Assembly (NCBI GenBank): GCA_965223415.1
Contig: OZ245002.1
Span: forward strand, 96,001-160,000
Reading direction: 5' to 3'
DNA from: Myxococcota bacterium
GTDB lineage: Bacteria; Myxococcota_A; UBA9160; UBA6930
Length of the DNA stretch: 64,000 nt
Within the stretch, counting starts at the first letter, position 1, and each line of letters starts with the position of its first letter. Under the pieces are notes generated by a model. That model was not told the DNA's origin and did not search any database. It saw only the letters and a program-made list of their open reading frames with translations. Position numbers and translations under genes: made by a program. Below, in pieces: positions 59,153 to 64,000 of the stretch.

Positions 59153-60525
59153 GGTGCGCCCTCCAGACGCTCCTCCAGGTAGGCGGCCAGGCCTTCCAGG
59201 GGAACGCGCTCCTGGGTCATGCCGTCGCGCTCCCGCACCGTCACCTGTCGGTCGTCCTCGGACTCGAAGTCGTAGGTCACGCACAGGGGCGTGCCAGCCT
59301 CGTCCATGCGCCGGTAGCGGCGGCCGATGTTTCCGGCGTCGTCGTAGAAGACGTTCCAGCGCCGGCGCAGATCGGCGGCAATGCGGCGGGCCGGCTCGGC
59401 GAGCTTCTTGCTGAGCGGGAGGACCGCCGCCTTGATGGGCGCCACCCGGGGCGAGAGACGCAGCACCGTGCGGGTGTCGCCTCCCTCGAGCTGCTCCTCG
59501 GCGTAGGCGGCGCAGAGGAGCGCCAGGGTCGTGCGATCCATGCCGACGGAGGTCTCCACCACGGCCGGGGTAAAGCGCTCCTTCGTCTCCTCGTCGGTGA
59601 CGGCGAGCTCCTTGCCCGCGAACTCGGTGTGCTGGGTGAGGTCGTAGGTGCCCCGGTCGTGGATGCCCTCGATCTCCTGCCAGCCGAACGGGAAGAGAAA
59701 CTCGATGTCGATGGCCCGCCGGCAGTAGTGGGCCAGCTCGTCGTCGGCGTGGGGCCGGGTGCGCAGGTTGGCCTCGGTGAAGCCCAGCTCCCGGTGGAAG
59801 CGCAGACGCTCCTCGCACCAGTGCTCGAACCACTCGGTGCTGCTGTCCGGGTGACAGAAGAACTCCATCTCCGCCTGCTCGAACTCGCGGCTTCGGAAGG
59901 TGAAGTTCCGCGGGTTGATCTCGTTCCGGAACGCCTTGCCGATCTGGCCGATGCCGAAGGGGATCTTCTGGCGGGCGACCTCCCGCACGCGGCGGAAGTC
60001 GGTGAAGATCGAGCCGCAGGTCTCGGCCCGCAGATACGCGGTGGCGGACGCGTCGGCCTGGGCGCCGATGTGCGTCTGCATCATCAGGTTGAACTCGCGG
60101 GCCTCGGTGAGATCGCAGTCGCTGAGATTGCGCTTCTTCGGCGCCTCGGGGCAGGGCTGATCGAGCTGATCCGCACGGAAGCGGCGCTTGCACGTCCGGC
60201 AGTCGACCATCGGGTCGCTGAAGTGCTCGACGTGACCGGAGGCCTCCCAGGTGCGCGGGTGCGTGATGATTGCGCTGTCGATGCCCTCGACGTCGTCGCG
60301 CTCCCGCACCGTGCGCTGCCACCAGAAGGCCTTGAGGTTGTTCTTGAGCTCGACACCGAGGGGGCCGTAGTCCCAGAAGCCGTTGATGCCGCCATAGATC
60401 TCGCCGGACTGGAAAATGAAGCCGCGTCGCGCGCAGAGGGAGACGACCTCTTCCATGCGCACCCTGGCGTCGGGCTCCCCTGCTTCGTTCGGGCGGTGCG
60501 GGCTCTCGGGGTTCTGGGCGCTCAT
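59149..60525 (-). CDS. glyQS: Glycyl-tRNA synthetase, homodimeric (alpha2) type
   Basis: EIYGG, WDYGPLG, YLRAET, QIGKAFRNEI, REFEQAE, IGRRYRRMDEAG. Confidence 0.94.
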   Translation of the reverse strand: MSAQNPESPHRPNEAGEPDARVRMEEVVSLCARRGFIFQSGEIYGGINGFWDYGPLGVELKNNLKAFWWQRTVRERDDVEGIDSAIITHPRTWEASGHVEHFSDPMVDCRTCKRRFRADQLDQPCPEAPKKRNLSDCDLTEAREFNLMMQTHIGAQADASATAYLRAETCGSIFTDFRRVREVARQKIPFGIGQIGKAFRNEINPRNFTFRSREFEQAEMEFFCHPDSSTEWFEHWCEERLRFHRELGFTEANLRTRPHADDELAHYCRRAIDIEFLFPFGWQEIEGIHDRGTYDLTQHTEFAGKELAVTDEETKERFTPAVVETSVGMDRTTLALLCAAYAEEQLEGGDTRTVLRLSPRVAPIKAAVLPLSKKLAEPARRIAADLRRRWNVFYDDAGNIGRRYRRMDEAGTPLCVTYDFESEDDRQVTVRERDGMTQERVPLEGLAAYLEERLEGAP

Positions 60526-61355
60526 CGGGCTCCGCCGGGCGAGGTCGGTTCGGACGCGGGAGGCGGGAGTCTTCCCCTCGCGTCGGTAGGTGTCAATTGG
60601 TCCTGGAGGAAGGCCTCGCTGCGCAGGTCGAGCCCGACGTGGAAGCGGAGGAAGCGCGCTACCAGGCCCCGGGCCTCGGCGAGTGCGGCGCCCCGGAGGG
60701 CGAGGCGTCCGAGCTGGTCGGTGGCGAGGCTCCGACTCTGCTGGAGTGCCCGCAGCGTCCCCTTGTGCACCGGCAGCAGCGGATGGCCCTCCGGCGTGCA
60801 GCGCGCACAGCACGGGCCGCCGTCCGCCACGTGGAAGCCGATGGGTCCTTCGGACCCTTCGAGCGCCTCGCCGCAGCGCACACAGTGCGCGAGCTCGGGC
60901 CCGAGCCCGAGCACGTCGAGGGCGCGCACCTCGAGGAGCGTCCGCAGGCCGGCGTCCGGCACGCGCGCGTCGACGAGCTCGAGCGCCCGCCGCGCGAACT
61001 CGTAGAGCCGGCGGTGGTCCACGCGCGCCCCGCCCTCGGGCGCCAGCCGATCGAGAAGCTCGAGCAGATAGCAGCCGAGGGCGAAGCGCCGGGGATCCGT
61101 GCGCAAGCCGTGGAGTGTGCGACCCAGTCGCGCATGCTCGAGCCGCGCCATCGACGTCGGCCGGCGGCGCTCGATCTGCACGCCGAGCTCGTTGAAGAAA
61201 TCGAGGGTGCCCGGGAAGCGCTTCTTCGAGCGCCGCGCCCCCTTGGCGATCACGGTGAGCCGGCCCGTGTCCGGCGTGAGCAGGTGCAGGATCCGGTCGG
61301 ACTCGCCGAAATCGACACTGCGGAGGACCAGCGCCTGGGTATGGAGGGTCGCCAT
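60522..61355 (-). CDS. recO: DNA repair protein RecO
   Basis: FGESDRI, AKGARRSKKRF, CVRC zinc motif. Confidence 0.94.
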   Translation of the reverse strand: MATLHTQALVLRSVDFGESDRILHLLTPDTGRLTVIAKGARRSKKRFPGTLDFFNELGVQIERRRPTSMARLEHARLGRTLHGLRTDPRRFALGCYLLELLDRLAPEGGARVDHRRLYEFARRALELVDARVPDAGLRTLLEVRALDVLGLGPELAHCVRCGEALEGSEGPIGFHVADGGPCCARCTPEGHPLLPVHKGTLRALQQSRSLATDQLGRLALRGAALAEARGLVARFLRFHVGLDLRSEAFLQDQLTPTDARGRLPPPASEPTSPGGAR

Positions 61356-61385
61356 CGGGGAGAAACTAGCCCCCGGGTTGGCAAT

Positions 61386-61994
61386 TCACGGGCCGGGCGC
61401 GGGGGGCGAGAAGCTCTCCCGTTCGGTGCCGGGCCTCGGAGCGGGCCGCGTCGCTTCGGAGGCCGGCGGCGCCGTCGGAGCGGCGCGCTGGGCCTCCGCC
61501 AGGGCCCGCACCGGATCCCGGCGCAGGCGAAGCTCCGGATCGGCCCTGTGGGCAGCGGCGGCCGAAGGAGCCGCCGGCGCCGGCCTCCCGAATCGGCCGG
61601 CGACGACGGAGCCGAGGGCGACGAGGAGCAGGAAGGCGCCCGCCGCCGCCAGCACGGCCCCCGCCCGAGGCCAGGCGCGGCGCGGCCCCAGATCGGGCTC
61701 GACCAGCATGCGGGCCACCGCCTCGTCCGGGTCGAGCCCGATGGCCGAGGCCACCGTGCGGACGAAGCCCCGCACGAACCCGTCGGTGACGCCGTCGAAT
61801 GCTCCGCCTTCCAGCCGCTCCAGGGAGCGCCGGGGAATCCGCGTGAGGGTGACGAGCTCGTCCAGCTCCATCCCCCGCAGCTTGCGCTGCCGGGCGAGGT
61901 AGCGGCCGATCGACGGCACCGGCTCGGCGGCGTCTCCCGCAGCCTCGTCGCTCAGCGGAGGCGATCCAGGTACTCCTCCGATCGCTTCCCCCAT
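61386..61994 (-). CDS. RodZ-like HTH membrane protein (short)
   Basis: SIGRYLARQR...TRI...LERLEGG...FVRGFVR, then a TM helix; start uncertain. Confidence 0.78.
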   Translation of the reverse strand: MGEAIGGVPGSPPLSDEAAGDAAEPVPSIGRYLARQRKLRGMELDELVTLTRIPRRSLERLEGGAFDGVTDGFVRGFVRTVASAIGLDPDEAVARMLVEPDLGPRRAWPRAGAVLAAAGAFLLLVALGSVVAGRFGRPAPAAPSAAAAHRADPELRLRRDPVRALAEAQRAAPTAPPASEATRPAPRPGTERESFSPPAPGP

Positions 61995-62767
61995 GGTCCG
62001 CTCGGCTTGGAGGCCGCGGACGCCGTCAGATACTCGAGAGCCAGCTCCCGGTCCCCAGTCGCGATGTAGATCTCGGCGATCCGGAAGTTCGCCTCCGCCT
62101 CCGCGAGCGGTCCCGGGTCGAGCTCCACGACCCGTTCGAAGCGCGCGATCGCCTTCTCGTGACGGCCGCGCTCGGCTTCGATGATGCCGAGGTTGAGAAT
62201 CGGACGCCAGTAGCCGGTGTGGTACTCCGTCGCCATCTCCAGGGACTCCATGGCCCGTCGCAGCTGACCGAGCTTGTAGTAGGCCCAGCCCTGATTCGTG
62301 AGCGCCGCCCACGGAAGCGGGAAGGTCGGGTCGTTCACCAGGGACTCGGCCATGTGAATGGCCTCGCCGTAGCGCTCGAGCTCGATGTAGATCGCGGAAA
62401 GGGTGAGCTTGGCCTGCTGGAAGTTCGGAGCCTCGGCCAGGGCCTTCAGGAGGTGGCGCTCGGCGTCGGCGAACAGCCCCTTGCGGCGGTAGGAGTCGGC
62501 GAGGGCGAGCTGGGTCCACTTGTCCTCGGGCCGCAGCTCCTCCGCGATGCGGAGCTCGCGGATCGCGAGGGCCACCCGACCCTCGCGCAGGTGGCCGGTG
62601 CCGACGTTGTAGTGGGAGGCCGCGCGCCGCTCGATCTTCATCTTCTCGGCGAGCTTCGTGTCGGCACGGCTCGAGCGGGAGCCGCCGGGGGTCGCGCACC
62701 CCACGAGGAGCACCAGGGCGACCAGGCTCAGCACGCGGAAGTGGGAGCTTCGAGGGTTCGTCGTCAC
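61952..62767 (-). CDS. Tgl/PilF/PilW-like TPR lipoprotein (secretin pilotin)
   Basis: LVGC lipobox, TPRs, NDPTFPLPWAALTNQGWAY; GTG start after AAGGAG. Confidence 0.78.
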   Translation of the reverse strand: MTTNPRSSHFRVLSLVALVLLVGCATPGGSRSSRADTKLAEKMKIERRAASHYNVGTGHLREGRVALAIRELRIAEELRPEDKWTQLALADSYRRKGLFADAERHLLKALAEAPNFQQAKLTLSAIYIELERYGEAIHMAESLVNDPTFPLPWAALTNQGWAYYKLGQLRRAMESLEMATEYHTGYWRPILNLGIIEAERGRHEKAIARFERVVELDPGPLAEAEANFRIAEIYIATGDRELALEYLTASAASKPSGPWGKRSEEYLDRLR

Positions 62768-62780
62768 GGGATCGTCTCCT

Positions 62781-63629
62781 TCAGAAGGAAGAGAGGATGC
62801 GGGCCAGCCAGTCACGGCGTTCTTCGTCGCTCACGGGCTTTCGTTTCTTGACCAGGCGCAGCTTGCCAAGGGCCGCCTTGCCCAGCCGGCGGCGGGTGCG
62901 TTGACGCCGCTCGCCCTCGGGCATCGGGTCGGCAGCTGCGAAGGCTTCGCTCGGTGCCGGCAGGTCGAACTCGAGATCGGCATCCGCCTCGAGGGGCGGA
63001 TCGGCCTCGCCGAGCGGTGTCGCGCCCGCGGGAGGGCCGATGCGGAACTTGCTCAGCTCGGTCGCCGGCGGGGAAGGAGCCTCGCCCTCCGGAGCACCGG
63101 CGGGCTCCGCGGCGGCCAGGGCATCCTCCACCAACGAGGTGAGCTGGGAGGTATCCGGCGGCTCGATCTCCGGCTCGGGGACCACCGCCTCGACCAGCAG
63201 GAACTCGTCCTGGATCTTGTCGGTGCCGGCGTCGTCCGCAGGCGCAGGCTCGCTGGGCGGCGGTGCCAGGTCTCCCATCAGCTCGGCCCAGATACCGTAG
63301 GCGCGCTCGGCGTCGCCGGCCGCGAGCTCGTCGTCGTCGAACAGGAAGCCCATGCCCTCGCCGAAGGCCATCGCCGCGTCGACGCAGCTCGCGGCGTCCG
63401 GCACGTCACCGTCGGGAGCGAAGTGCAGCACCTGGCCGCTCTTGAGGGAGCGCACGCTCAGGGTGACGTCGAGGGGGCCGTCGAGGACGGCGTGGACGAC
63501 GAGCGCCGCCCGGGCCGGAGCCACGGGGAAGTCCTCGGTGCGAACCACCGGTGTGTTGAGGGAGAGCTGCAGGCTCCGCAGGTGCTCGGGGCGCAGCTGG
63601 AGCGGCGCGTTGCGGCGCGCGAAGAACAT
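62781..63629 (-). CDS. Conserved hypothetical protein upstream of the tgl-like gene
   Basis: SLNTP, FGEGMGFLFDD, C-terminal LARILSSF. Confidence 0.7.
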   Translation of the reverse strand: MFFARRNAPLQLRPEHLRSLQLSLNTPVVRTEDFPVAPARAALVVHAVLDGPLDVTLSVRSLKSGQVLHFAPDGDVPDAASCVDAAMAFGEGMGFLFDDDELAAGDAERAYGIWAELMGDLAPPPSEPAPADDAGTDKIQDEFLLVEAVVPEPEIEPPDTSQLTSLVEDALAAAEPAGAPEGEAPSPPATELSKFRIGPPAGATPLGEADPPLEADADLEFDLPAPSEAFAAADPMPEGERRQRTRRRLGKAALGKLRLVKKRKPVSDEERRDWLARILSSF

Positions 63630-63635
63630 GCCCTG

Positions 63636-63664
63636 CTATCGGTCCCCGCCGAGCCCCACTTGAG
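63636..63664 (-). promoter_or_regulatory. sigma28-like promoter, site H (tgl-like operon), probably leaderless
   Basis: CTCAAG-N15-ACCGATAG, 6 nt before the ATG. Confidence 0.6.
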
Positions 63665-63852
63665 GCTCTTCGGGGCGCAGGGCGGCGGGGGAAGTCCCCT
63701 CCCAGCAAGGCCTTTTCCGGAGCGGGGCCCGACCCCCCCGAGTGGCCCTCGGGGGGTTTCGGAGGGCACCTGGGGGGATACACTGCCGGGGCGTTCCCCA
63801 TCGCGCGGGCCTCCCGGACGAGGTGGCCTCGACCCAAGGAGCCCAACAGCCC

Positions 63853-64000
63853 GTGGCCCAGCCCAAGAAGCCGATCGAGCAGGTCGAGCGCGTGGCCATC
63901 CGGTTCGCAGGGGACTCCGGCGACGGCATGCAGCTGACCGGGACCAAGTTCACCGAGTCGACCGCCCTCGCCGGCAACGACCTGTCCACCTTTCCGGACT
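63853..64000 (+). CDS. korA: 2-oxoacid:acceptor oxidoreductase alpha subunit (5' part)
   Basis: Manual translation ...[21 protein letters not shown]...[18 protein letters not shown]. Confidence 0.88.
   Translation, partial: MAQPKKPIEQVERVAIRFAGDSGDGMQLTGTKFTESTALAGNDLSTFPD

Noticed and set aside
63734..63756. Hairpin CCCCCCGAG-TGGCC-CTCGGGGGG in the divergent intergenic region
   Set aside because: Lies between divergent starts so it is unlikely to be a terminator; no second copy found and function cannot be supported.

Overview
Core-chromosome window from a very GC-rich (roughly 70% by eye) diderm bacterium. Gene content and order (pilA-pilGHI-pilD, tgl-like locus, DUF4388 proteins, Che cluster next to nusB/rib/fab genes) suggest Myxococcota or a related deltaproteobacterial lineage. 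Almost all real genes are on the minus strand; most long plus-strand ORFs in the track are GC-driven shadows. Left to right: skp-bamA-lolD-lolE-lysS-prfB (programmed +1 frameshift)-lnt-ybeY-phoH; a DUF4388/TPR pair; rpsT, holA, lptE; a 12-gene chemosensory cluster; nusB-ribH-ribD-nrdR, an rpiB-glyA fusion, fabF-acpP-fabD-rpmF-yceD; tRNA-Gln; three Thr-nucleophile sulfatase-like TPR lipoproteins plus a methyltransferase; pilD-pilI-pilH-pilG and two paralogous pilins; tRNA-Glu; a DEDDh exonuclease; a kinase-like gene; two tandem ECF sigma factors; ppdK-glyQS-recO-rodZ-like-tgl-like; partial korA. The most striking signal is non-coding. A sigma28/FliA-like motif (approximately TCAAG-N14-16-GCCGAT) lies in 8 intergenic regions, upstream of pilus-maturation, tgl-locus, chemosensory, DUF4388/TPR and all three sulfatase-like genes. 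Separate sigma54 promoters precede each pilin and the ECF pair. This suggests (inference) a two-tier type IV pilus regulon that includes uncharacterised Thr-type transferase/hydrolase lipoproteins. No mobile element or CRISPR array was seen.
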